Shown here piece by piece: positions 25,651 to 38,092 of a stretch of 64,000 nt of DNA. Both the position numbers and the translations under genes were made by a program. Source of the DNA: Eledone cirrhosa (Eukaryota); NCBI GenBank assembly GCA_964016885.1, contig OZ024745.1:99510001-99574000 (forward strand), in the 5' to 3' direction. The notes under the pieces were generated by a model. That model did no database searches and was not told the origin of the DNA. It was given only the letters and a program-made list of their open reading frames with translations. Each line of letters begins with the position of its first letter. Position 1 is the stretch's first letter.

Positions 25651-26997
25651 GATGCGTTTAACGAATGGTATAAATGATTAGTTTAGATAGATTATATGTG
25701 ATAATAACAAGATTGTTATATGTAATAACAAAATTAAAAAGAATATAAAGAATATAGGAATATTAAGAATAAATGATTTGGTTATATATAGTTTACTTCA
25801 CGTGAATCAATTAAAAAGTACAATAAACAAGTTACCATAAGTTGCAAAGATTGACAATATTATTTTGTTGTTGATGTGAGACTGTTGTAGTCTGTTGGTG
25901 TTGTTGGTGTGAAAACAGCGAGCGATAGGTAATTGTTGTTGGAAGTCGGAGACAGTGGTAGTAGTTGTTAGACCGTGTTAGTAAGAGAGATGAGATATGG
26001 TTCGTATATCTCTGAATGGTCTGTAGTAACTGTAAAATACCGTGAACTGCATACAGCGGTGAATCTTCCTCGTTTGTGTTCTGTATAGCAGGGTTCCAAT
26101 CGCTCTGGGTGTATCTGTAGACTTCATGGGGTCTGTTGAATAGTGGTGAATCTTTACATAGCTTGTTCTGAAGTGGGGTGCTCCGATGTCTCTGGCTGTA
26201 GACCACTGGGGGTCTATTGATAGCAGTAAATCCTTACATATTAGTTGTGTATCCTAGCGCTTCGATATCTCTGTGTTGATAGCTTGATACAGGCTCTATA
26301 TATAGCTGTCACTTCCTGTCCCCCAACCTGAGGGGACAGCCCACGCATGAACTTGTTAACACAATAAATGTGGTGACCTAAAATTTGATCTCTAGGTATC
26401 ACCCATAGTTCAAGGCGCGGACAGATTTCGCTACATGCGTACCCCCAGGAGCATCTGTGGGCTCTCTTTCGTCTGTGACCCGCGACGGACGGACGTTCGA
26501 ATGCGAGCTGCAGCTTGGAGAACTGATTATACCCACGTGGAAGAGGCATGGCTCACTGAGTGAGCTAGCAGAATTGCGGTAAGTGCAGTAGTTTTCTCAT
26601 TACACTAACCACGTTGCAAGGTCCTGTCCAGCACTTATTAGGGCACAGTTAGATGTTTTGTTTAATGGATAACTTGGTTAACTAATGATTAACTGATATG
26701 ATAATCAGTTAACTAGAATTACCCCCCCCCCCTCACGAGGGGGACGATATTGGATGGATCGTTAACAGATCGTTAAAAAAGGTTTGATTTATTCTATGTT
26801 ATAATATAAAATAAAATTACAGACAATAAATCAATTCACAGATATATAAATAACTGTTTCTATTTTAGGCACAAAGCCGGCAAATAACCCAGTACATTAC
26901 TGGTACTTTATTTTATCGACCCCGTAAGGATGAAAGGCAAAGTTAACCTCGGCGGGATTTGAACTTATATATAAATAACATTAGATATATAATGATG

Positions 26998-27096
26998 AGA
27001 AGAAGAAGAAGAAGAAGAAGAAGAAGAAGAAGAAGAAGAAGAAGAAGAAGAAGAAGAAGAAGAAGAAGAAGAAGAAGAAGAAGAAGAAGAAGAAGA
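26998..27096. repeat. (AAG)n microsatellite
   Basis: Directly visible. Confidence 0.95.
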
Positions 27097-27318
27097 TTAT
27101 TACTACACATTACTCACAATTCTTGTAGAATGAATATATAAACAAATAATTGTTTCTACATTAAGTAGTGAACTAATAATTTTAGAAAATCCCTCAAAAT
27201 TCTTCATTAATTGATTGAAATAGAGTGTATTTCATTAAAAATACAGTCACACGGGTTATATTTTTTCTATTACTTTGACATTTATTATCTGCTGTCAATC
27301 ATTACACACATACACAAT

Positions 27319-27505
27319 TGGCGGTGGATTGGCAGTATCGGTAGAGGGTCGGACGCCATGCTTTCCAGCATAGTTACGTCCCTTTACGATCTGAGTTCAA
27401 ATCCCGCCGAGGTTGAATTTGCCTGTCATCCTTACGGGGTCGATAAAATAAAGTACCAGTAATGCACTTGTATTTGCTGGCCTTGTGCCTAAAGTAGAAA
27501 CAATC
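27319..27505 (+). mobile_element. tRNA-derived SINE, family 1
   Basis: Full family sequence. Confidence 0.85.
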
Positions 27506-27830
27506 ATTACACACATACTCTCTCTCTCTCTCTCTCGCTGTTTTCATTCTTCTTTCATTCTATTTTTTTTTATTTTCCTTCCTCTTTCCTTCTTTAGTTT
27601 CGTTCTAATTTGTTTTTTATTCCCTCTGGTTTCAGTCCCATCCTGTTTATTCCTTCCTCTTTCATTCACTAGTTTCATTCTATATTTTGTTTTCATTCTT
27701 CATCCATTCTCTAGTTCCAGTCTGTTTTTTAATCCTTCCCCATAATTTATTTCTATGTCCTTCTATTCATTCTTCTTCCATTTTCTTGTTTCGTTCTGAT
27801 TTTTGAAAAAAGAAATTATATTACATGTTT

Positions 27831-29025
27831 TTAAGCTGTTCTTTGTTTCTTAAATCTGTGTGTAATTGTGTGTTCAAATGTAGGTGGCAGTAAAAGCTGT
27901 TTTTCAAATTGTTTTGGATCATCGACTATCGACATATCTTTTTCATAAAATGTTATTTCCTTGAATAGATCTTTTTCTCCGGCTTTCAAATTGAATTTGC
28001 CTTTACAGTCGATTTCTTCAGGTCCCGGTTCACTCCCATCTTCGACTCTACCTTTGTAAGTATGAGATCGATGGATTATTTCCTTCAATATATCCTGTGC
28101 AACCTTTAAATTATCATTTTCAATCCTTAATATCATCTCAAAAATACTGTCAGTAAAATAAGTAAATTTCTCCATGTCATCGACATCTCTAAAAAAGTGA
28201 AGTTCACCATCTGCAGCAATTAACGCTTCTACTAATAATTCATCAAACAGAAGAACGGTTTTATGTTGATAGACATTTTTATGTAGTCGATATCGTGAAT
28301 AAAACATATCATAGAAATTATCAAGCGTTTTGTCTCTGTAACATATTTCATCTTTTATAACTCTTGACATTTTTATCATTCTGTTGTGATCAAAAGATAT
28401 TCCAATGCCGAGATAATGAGAATCTCTAGCCAAGTAGTCCCATTTATCAACATCGACATTGTTGCGTTTATTATTGATAATTTCGAAAAGAAACTTTTTC
28501 GTCTTACGTTCCTTAACGTCCCCGGCAATGAGATCTTTTATCAACTCGATCTCATCAGTTGACAGTTCATCTTTAATAACTGAATTTTTATCAAGAAGAT
28601 GAGTAAACATTTCGCACGATGCTTTTTCATGATGCCACTTGGGCTGCTTTTCTTTTTCGAATTGTTTAATACATTTTTCAAAGACATGAGAAAAAGGGCC
28701 ATGTCCTAAATCATGACACAAACCAGCAATTTCAACACAAAGTACATCTCGTTCGGTTATCAAAGCTTCGTTTTGCTGCTTAAGATGGGCGAATAAGTTT
28801 CCCAGCTAAATGACACGTCCCTAAACAGTGCTCAAATCTATTATGTGAAGCTGATGGATAAACATAATAAGCCATACCCAATTGCTTGATGTTGCGTAAT
28901 CTGTGAAATTGAATAGTATTCAAAATATCTACACAGAGTGGTGGAAACTCCATAAAACCATGAATAGCATCATAAAAAACTTGCGGTTGAAAATTTGTGG
29001 TGCTTGGATATTCATTGGTGGCCAT
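27831..29025 (-). CDS. SAMHD1: SAMHD1-like HD-domain dNTP triphosphohydrolase, intronless, no SAM domain; single +1 frameshift at 28787-28789 (pseudogene or assembly error)
   Basis: [68 protein letters not shown]. Removing one base gives [19 protein letters not shown] and a 397-aa ORF. Confidence 0.9.
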
Positions 29026-29224
29026 TGTTAAAGGTTTGAAATAATTGAGTAAGTTTCTCGTATTGATATTGTTATTTCTGTATAACAGTGTAGCTGTTAT
29101 GTTGAGTTGTTGTTTTTCTATTTGGAGTAGATATATATGAATTAGTGGGTTGTATTAATAGACTTCACTCACAGAGATAGTGACAACAAATGTACGACGC
29201 GAGAATTAAAACGACACTGTTGGT

Positions 29225-29257
<33 letters not shown>

Positions 29258-29797
29258 CAGCGGCAGCAACTGCAACAACAGCAAAAGTAGTGTTGTAGCA
29301 TCAGTTTGTTACTTTCAGTTTCAATATGACCAGTTTTATCAGGTAGTGAAAGAAAATGGGGAAGTAAAATGTGGAATGTTAAGATATTAGGTAAATGAAT
29401 CGAAAAATCGAAAAGTAGGGGGGGGGGTGGATACTGGTGGATGTGAAGTAAAAATAAAAATAAAATTAAAAATAAAGTTAAAAATGAAAGTAAATCAGAA
29501 AGAGAAGTCTGTAAAGAGGATAATTTAAGGAAAGTGAAGAATAAGAGTTTATGGAGGATAAGTATCTGAAAGTGAGTTAAGTTTATATGAGCTGGAAAGC
29601 AAGTGTGATTTTCTGTGTGGGCAACTGGTGAACATTACTAGAGCTCTTAGATAAACATTTCCCTTGCAGGGTCAAGTGGCGGAAGAAGAAGAAGAAGAAG
29701 AAGAAAAGGAACTACATATTTTACACATTTCACAATGCTTCAAGCAAGCTTTAACACCCTCTTATATATATATATATATACGTATATATATATATAT

Positions 29798-31083
29798 ATT
29801 GACCTTTGGCCTGCCTGGGGACGATTATCTTTCGACATCCAATGTAGCAAGGGATGACCCAGATCTTACCAGAGATCATTGGGTCCTGAAGCAATCCTGC
29901 AATCACCGCGCCTGGTCATATGAGCAGACTACAACCACAGAGATCATTAATTTAGAATCCTCGCTCATCATCTATAATTTCCATTTGTAGCACCTTAAGA
30001 TGGGTTAATCCACCTTAATAATAATATGATCACCTTCAGCATAATTTAGTTAAACTACTCTATAGTTAGTACACTTTATGCTTTAAAAGTCTCTCTTGGA
30101 AGGTGCACCTCACCATAGAATTTAGGGTCTATATTGGGACACATTTTAATGGCTAGATATAGAAACCCCAGAGTTACCTCCCCGCATGCATTAACTCCCC
30201 TTAGCCACACACACACTTCCGGTATTCAATGGCGTCTCTCGAAACGTAACAACCTCCTGTATCGAACTAAAGAACACCAGACTACGATCTCTAACTGGAT
30301 TGTCGTGGATTATGTGAAAGGCATATAATCGAAATATACACTCCCTTGACCATGAAAATGCCGAAGTACATGAATTACTTGACATCCCTGCGCTGTGCAT
30401 CTCCAATACTTATAACACTTTTAATGCTTGCACTATCTTTAATGCTTATAATATTTCTCCACACACAGACTATATCAATCATATAAAGACTTTGCCACCA
30501 GATCTACCAACCTAACACTCTTATTTACCTACCTAAGTGCCTCTACCACACATATCTCTCTGCCACACTATATAAACAAGACGCACATGCGTGCCACACA
30601 TATAACATTTGCACTATATAACCACTTATCTTCATGTTGTACTTTAACCTATATCTTTGATTTTTGATTGTACCTATTAATATAAATGTAATCTCGAAGT
30701 GTGTACTGCCACTCTAAATTCTGTAATGAATGTTGACCCACAATGTTTGAATATGTATCAATGTTTGAATATGTATTGGTATGTCTCTCGGCTGAAAAGG
30801 AGGTCATATAACTGTCCATGCATTAATAAATTGCTCCGAAGAATTCAAACCTCGGTTTGGAGGAAACAGCTGTAAGCACAATAATGTTTTGAACAGTTCT
30901 TTGATTCTTATATTTCATATAACTGCTCTGTAAATCATCTGATGTTTTTACATTGAGCTACTTAACTTACTGGTAATAAGGTAGTAATACATTACTGCCT
31001 ACCACTATTTAGGGTGTGTGTAAAATACTTACAACTGCTTAAGGTTTTGTGTTTACATAACCATAAATAGTATAACTAATACT
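29798..31083 (+). mobile_element. Decayed Penelope-like 3' fragment (GIY-YIG remnant plus pLTR) inserted in (TA)n
   Basis: RVYIG-like remnant near 30125; hammerhead at 30832; flanks rejoin into the locus seen intact at 31634-31900. Confidence 0.6.
30832..30878 (+). ncRNA. Minimal type I hammerhead, U4C core variant
   Basis: tgct-CCGAAGA-a-ttcaaacc-tc-ggtttgga-g-GAAA-CAGCTG-TA-agca. Confidence 0.65.
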
Positions 31084-31170
31084 ATATATATATATATATA
31101 TATATACGTGTATATATTTATATATATGTCACATAGTCACTCTATCTGTCTGTATATATCTCAACACACA

Positions 31171-31247
<77 letters not shown>

Positions 31248-31332
31248 AAAGTTTTATTTAAAATGTTGGGTTACAACGAGTAAATATTTTATAACTGATA
31301 TAAAAGCACTCAACAGATTTTGGAGTATTTTA

Positions 31333-31574
31333 CGATATTAAACAAATGGAAATTACATTTATAAAACCATATTTATTTCATTATATATATTTCAGGGATA
31401 TCATATTAAAATATGGTATGCCCTCTTCAGACAAAATACAATATATAGAAAACTGTCGATATATTGTATTTTGTCTGAAGAGGGCATACTATATTTTAAT
31501 ATGATATCCCTGAAATATATATAATGGAATAAATATGGTTTTATAAATGTAATTTCCATTTATTTAATATCGTA
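31333..31574. repeat. ~240-bp palindrome with two divergent hammerheads (31374-31438 minus, 31467-31531 plus); duplicated at ~35734-35975
   Basis: tattttgt-CTGAAGA-ggg..ccc-t-GAAA-TATATA-TA-atggaata on both strands. Confidence 0.8.
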
Positions 31575-31757
31575 TATATATATATATATAATATGTAATT
31601 TAGAAAGCCACAACGTTTTGTTGTGGCTTTCTAAACTACATATTTTACACATTTCACAATGCTTCAAGCAAACTTTAACACCCTCTTATATATATATATG
31701 TATATATATATATATACGTATATATATATATATACGTATATATATATATATATATAC

Positions 31758-31799
<42 letters not shown>

Positions 31800-31861
31800 G
31801 TATATATATTTATATATATGTCACATAGTCACTCTATCTGTCTGTATATATCTCAACACAC

Positions 31862-31938
<77 letters not shown>

Positions 31939-31997
31939 GTATATATATTTATATATATGTCACATAGTCACTCTGTCTGTATATATCTCAACACACA

Positions 31998-32045
<48 letters not shown>

Positions 32046-32414
32046 TTGGGGAGGGTCATATTTGCGCAATATTGCCAGAATCAATAACAGAACACACTCA
32101 CTGTTTGGTTGGTTTTCGCTTCTCGCTGTCTTTTATATCTGCGATCTAACTTACTCGGTCCTCAATGTTGCCATTAACTGACCGGCGGTCAAAAATAATA
32201 CAGATACAATATAGGCACAAACACATATATATAGTTTATATATATATATATTTATATATATATATATATATAGTAGTTGAAGATAAGGTAGTGGTGGTGG
32301 TGGCGATATACGGGAAGTTAAAATTTGAAACTTTTAAAAGAAGTGAATCTTGAAATAAGCAATACATTAAATTATGTTTAATCATGTGTTACAACATTTA
32401 GTAGATAAATTATA

Positions 32415-33047
32415 TAATTGTTTCTACTTTTGGCACAAGGCCAAACATTACTGGTACTTTATTTCATCGACCCCGTAAGGATGAAAGGCAAAGTGAACCT
32501 CGGCGGGATTTGAACTCAGACTATAAAGTGGCGTAACTCTAGGCTGCAAAGCATGGCATCCGACCTTCTACCGATACTGCCAATCCCCAGCCCTTCGATG
32601 GATTGGCAGTATCAGTAGAGGGTCGGACGCCATGCTTTGACGCATAGAGTTACGGCCCTTACCATTCTGAGTTCAAATCACGCCGAGGTTAACTTTGCCT
32701 TTCATCCTTACGGGGTCGATAAAATAAAGTACCAGTAATGCACTGGGTTTTGCTGACCTTGTGCCAAAAGTAGAAACAATTATTATTATAAGATATCAGC
32801 TTACATATCAATAAATTAATAAATCGATAATAGAAGTGGTGACAACATCAATATCTACACTGGTGATACCGATTTTTAGCCTATACTTGATGGTCGAAGT
32901 ATAAAATCATCAGCGAATTTTAGATTAAAATTTCTTTTCTTAAGAAAATTCTAAAATTTCTGATTTTATAATCTCACATCCTCGGAATGAATCTTTATGA
33001 GTTGAAACTTGTGTTAGTTTGATAGCATATTGACGCTTTGATGTTTC

Positions 33048-33081
<34 letters not shown>

Positions 33082-33555
33082 CAAAAAACATGTTTTCCCA
33101 CGGTGCTCTTTTCTTTTACTGACATGGCCACCAAAAAGTGACATGTGACCTCGCAGAAAAGACAATAAATAAATGCTCCGGAGACTAGTTTTTCCACTCC
33201 TAGGAAGAAGAAGATATACTTGGGCCATCTGTTATCTATCAAAAATAACTAGCTGCCATTATAAATAGGCTGGCAGTATCGGTAGAGAGTCGGACCCATG
33301 CTTTGCAACATAGAGTTACGGCCCTTTACGGTCTGAGTTCAAATCCCGCCGAGGTTAACTTTGCCTTTCATTCTTACGGGGTCGATAAAATAAAGTACCA
33401 GTCACGCACTGAGGTCGATTTAATCGACTTTCCCCTTCCCCAAATTACTTGCCTTCTCCCTATACTAGAAATCATTATAAATAGAATGAGGGCGGTGGAT
33501 TGGCAGTATTGGTAGAGAGTCGGACACCATGCTTTGTAGCATAGAGTTACGGCCT
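32415..33555. mobile_element. SINE family 1 cluster: head-to-head pair 32415-32785, copies 33268-33475 and 33488-33555 (duplicated at 42553-43693)
   Basis: Family sequence on both strands. Confidence 0.85.
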
Positions 33556-34503
33556 CTTCTCCTTGACCACACAGCTTCCTTGCCACTGCACTTGTACAAC
33601 ACAACCTCACCATGATAGGGTTTCTACTACCTCTTCTGGTACATACTTTCTGACTACAACTTATCACTTTTAAGGAGAACAGCGCACGGTAAACAAAGCG
33701 ACTCCTGCACAACACAGAAGACTTATTGAACAGTATATTCATTTGCGAATACAACAATCAAACTTTATATTTACGATTTGATGAAATCCTTTTTTTTTCC
33801 TTTTTGCTGAAGTGAATTAAAGTTATAAACTGGAGACGGTTGCTTCTGACGCCCCACTGGAAAGAATGTTTGAGGACTCTTCCCTCACGACCCTTGCAGG
33901 GACAAGTGGGTGAAGAAGAAGAAGAAGAAGAAGAAGAAGAAGAAGAAGAAGAAGAAGAAGAAGAAGAAGAAGAAGAAGAAGAACGGTATTAGGAAGGAAA
34001 TTCAGTTGGATCACAATTTTGAATTTTACGGTGCAAGGGAGGTAATTAAGAATTTGTAAAACTTGATTAGCCAGGAAAACAATAAAATTAACGACATTAC
34101 AAGACCATAGTGACTGTGATCGACTCGGGCTGCTAATGTTGTTTAGCCCCAAGTCAGTAATGTGGTTGTGATTAGTGTATCTGCTATTTTTGTTTAGCCC
34201 TAGGTCGGTTCAGAGACTATGAGCAAATTTGGATGCTATTGTTGTTTCGCCCTAAGTCACTACGGGGACTACAACAATTCTGTGACTCTGATCAGAGCAT
34301 ATTTTTAATGTGTAGTCCCTAACAAAAATATTTGTTGTTTAGCTCTAGGTCAGTATTGTGGGTGTAGTGTTTGTGTATTGTGCGTTCTATATGTGTGTTG
34401 TGTGCGTATTGTATGCGTGTATTGTGTGTATGTGTGTTGTGTGTGTGTTGTGTGTAGGTAGGTAGATAGACAGACTGACAGACGTACGTACGTATGGACG
34501 GAT

Positions 34504-34547
<44 letters not shown>

Positions 34548-34550
<3 letters not shown>

Positions 34551-34698
34551 CTTTGAACTCTGTTCCCACACACTTCTCACCTGAGGAAGGGCTTATGTCC
34601 GAAACGTCGTCCCCCACCAACACCCCACTCTCCAGAGCGTGAAATTAATAAACATTCGTTGTACTGCCTCTCTGTTTTGTCCCTGTTCAAATTTTTCC

Positions 34699-34702
<4 letters not shown>
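34548..34702 (+). mobile_element. Solo Penelope pLTR fragment with hammerhead core, inserted in (TA)n
   Basis: CTGAGGAAGGGCTTATGTCCGAAACGTCGTC; homologous to 5200-5340; absent from duplicate copy B. Confidence 0.8.
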
Positions 34703-34771
<69 letters not shown>

Positions 34772-34778
<7 letters not shown>

Positions 34779-35341
34779 ACGTCAAGACGGGCGGTTCTGG
34801 AAATTAAAGTAATCTTTTTTTTTTTTTTTTTTTACAACAGGTCTCTATAGTGATATGGTGTTAATTAGTATTGCGTGTATGATTATTTTTTGTTTTTCTT
34901 TTTTTGTGTATTGTGTGTACGGAAAATTTTTTTTTAAATAATGACATTGTGTGTTTTTAAATAGCAAGATATTACAAAAACATCTAAACGATGATGATGA
35001 CACAAACACATATATATATACAAACACACATATATATATACATACAGACACACATATATATACACACATATACACACCCACACATATATATATATAAGAA
35101 AAAATAATCACACACGCAATACTAATTAACACCATATCACTATAGAGACCTGTTGTAAATAAACAAACAAATTCACAGTGTGCACACATATATACACACA
35201 TATACACATCCACACATATATATTTTTAAAGAAATCTATACAATTGTGTGTGTATCGTAACTTTCATTGTAAAAAAAAACAAAAAACAAATTCACTTGTC
35301 AGAAAATTTACTTTCACATTCACGAACGCCATTCTTAACGT

Positions 35342-35349
<8 letters not shown>
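34772..35349. mobile_element. Non-autonomous TIR element (GGCATACGTCAAG termini), rearranged copy
   Basis: TGGCATACGTCAAGACGGGCGG...CGCCATTCTTAACGTATGCCA, flanked by TA. Confidence 0.55.
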
Positions 35350-35408
<59 letters not shown>

Positions 35409-35444
35409 TTACGGTAAACATTTATTCAATTCAATTATGTAAGA

Positions 35445-35521
35445 AGCTTTCTGATGAGATCATGGCACTGGGTACACAGAATCGTGTGGCCACTGACGTC
35501 AATGAAATATGTATCACAGCC
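35445..35521 (+). ncRNA. Degenerate type I hammerhead motif
   Basis: gcttt-CTGATGA...t-GAAA-TATGTA-TC-acagc. Confidence 0.4.
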
Positions 35522-35566
35522 TTATTAATAAAGGACTTTAACAACTCAATCTACTTCGTCTTTGCT

Positions 35567-35649
<83 letters not shown>

Positions 35650-36199
35650 AAAGTTTTATTTAAAATGTTGGGTTACAACGAGTAAATATTTTATAACTGA
35701 TATAAAAGCACTCAACAGGTTTTGGAGTATTTTACGATATTAAACAAATGGAAATTACATTTATAAAACCATATTTATTTCATTATATATATTTCAGGGA
35801 TATCATATTAAAATATGGTATGCCCTCTTCAGACAAAATACAATATATAGAAAACTGTCGATATATTGTATTTTGTCTGAAGAGGGCATACTATATTTTA
35901 ATATGATATCCCTGAAATATATATAATGGAATAAATATGGTTTTATAAATGTAATTTCCATTTGTTTAATATCGTATATATATATATATATATATATATA
36001 ATATGTAGTTTAGAAAGCCACAACATTTTGTTGTGGCTTTCTAAACTACATATTTTACACATTTCACAATGCTTCAAGCAAACTTTAACACCCTCTTATA
36101 TATATATATATATATATATACGTATATATATATATATACGTATATATATATATATATATACGTATATATATATATATATATAACCCTATTTTGAGAAAA

Positions 36200-36379
36200 A
36201 TGGCTGAAGCATCTTCACCATCAATCAAAGAAGGAAAGGGGAAGTCATACTCACAGCTTCCCCCTGCCACTGTCACAGCAGCAGATGCCAAAGGCAGAGG
36301 TCAGAGAGAGGAAGAATTGTCTTCACCTGTTGACCGACCACTAGATGTAGCCACAACTACACAAGAATTTGAAAACAAC

Positions 36380-36410
<31 letters not shown>

Positions 36411-38092
36411 GCAACAATAAAGACAACAAAAACAACAACAACACAAACGTCACAAGTATCCACACACGAAACGAGAAAGACAACAACAACAACAAAGATG
36501 AAAACAACTCAAACGACGAGAAACAAAACAATACTAATATCCAAAACGAAAACAAAATATCTTTTGCACAAACGGCTAAATTATCAGTCGCTTATGTGCT
36601 GGAAGATATTTCAAAAGCAAAAGAAATGCTGGAAAAAGCCAAGAAATATGTGTCTTTTGGCGAAAACGGTTCGTTTTCTATACATTCACCTCCGGAGCTA
36701 AAAAGACAGACGGAATTACGAACTGCCGTATTCCGAACAATTTTAAATAAAACAAAGAAACCAGCGCAACCATCTCAAGCGGAAATTCAGTTAGTCTTGA
36801 AAGACGCGATGAGAGACATCACTTTCATACAAAAGGATAAACTCTATGGGAGTTTATCCATATTGATGAAAGACGAATTGGCGGCAAAAAAATACTCTGT
36901 GTCGCCAATTCGGTCCACACACTACACCTTCTTCCCCACCTACATGGGTAAAAAAACCCAGAGGATATGGATAACCACCATCACCCCAAACATAAACTAC
37001 TGGTGGTTACTAACCGGTTTCCTCAATTTAGACGAGGACAACCTCATCTCAATAGGGAAGGCATCCGGCGACGCGTTCAGTGGAACGAGCCTCGAAGTTC
37101 TGACCCAAATAAGGCCAGAACGCATCGCCCAAATCCCTGAGCGCGTCATGCTGGATGACCGTACCCACCTCAACATTATTGTGGAGGGTAGGCGTCCCTC
37201 CTGTTACCTCTGTGGCAATAGAGGTCACCTGAGGGCTGCCTGTCCCCAGCTCACACAGAAAAAAACACTGCTACCAACACCAACACCACCCCAACTACAA
37301 CAACAAAAACAACCACAACAACAACAAAAACCAACAACCCCACCACCACCACCACAACAACAACAACAACAAACACGTGAAAAAATAACACAGAATACTG
37401 TCCCACCCAATCCCTCCCCACCCAAAACAAATACAAAAACACGCACACCGCAAACACTACCAGAAAACATACCCCTCCCACCCAACAAGGAAGACGAACC
37501 TCTTTCGTCGCAAGACGAAAAAGATCCCTTCCAACAAGTAAAAAGAAAGAGGAGGAGACGCACCACAGACACACATGTTAACTTTAACCCCCCCCCCCCC
37601 CAAGAGAACACAAACTACACACAAACCACCCCTCCCTGTCACACAACACTAACTGCTACACAAAAAAAGACCTTACAATACACATACATGAACACAGACA
37701 ACAAAGAATTACGGAAAACAATTTCAGCAAACCCTTCGGTCCAAACTGAAGGGCTAAACTTTATAACTGCAGTGGGACTACCTCATTTAAAAATGATAAA
37801 AGTCCCAATGCACTTGTACAAAACACTGAAAATAAATTTCACGGAGGACGTGGGCCCCCCCTGCGCCAAACCAATCAACCGCGTCCTCCTAAAAAATCCC
37901 CCCCCCCACCCACAGATACCCACTCAACGACAAACACCCCAACCCCACAACACACCGATGCCCCTTCACTTCCACAAACCACCACCCCACCCAACAACCC
38001 ATCCCCAACCAGCATGGAAATTGAGCGGCCCGTTTCCCGGGACGCAGAGAGGTAAGTGCCTTTTCTCTTTACCACCAACATGGCTGTGCTAA
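36200..38092 (+). CDS. Tx1-like ORF1 (gag-like, CCHC zinc knuckle)
   Basis: ATG at 36200; CYLCGNRGHLRAAC; poly-N and P/Q-rich tracts; basic KRKRRRR. Confidence 0.85.

Larger units (their letters stand above)
31200..34853 (+). repeat. Local segmental duplication, copy A
   Basis: Near-identical to 35570-36182 plus 41764-44772. Confidence 0.95.

Noticed and set aside
25650-26730. Possible solo LTR or PBS (TGGTGACC at ~26370, TATA at ~26297)
   Set aside because: No second LTR copy or TSD visible in the window
28780-28800. Programmed ribosomal frameshift or intron in the SAMHD1-like gene
   Set aside because: No slippery heptamer or GT-AG intron; a one-base indel explains it
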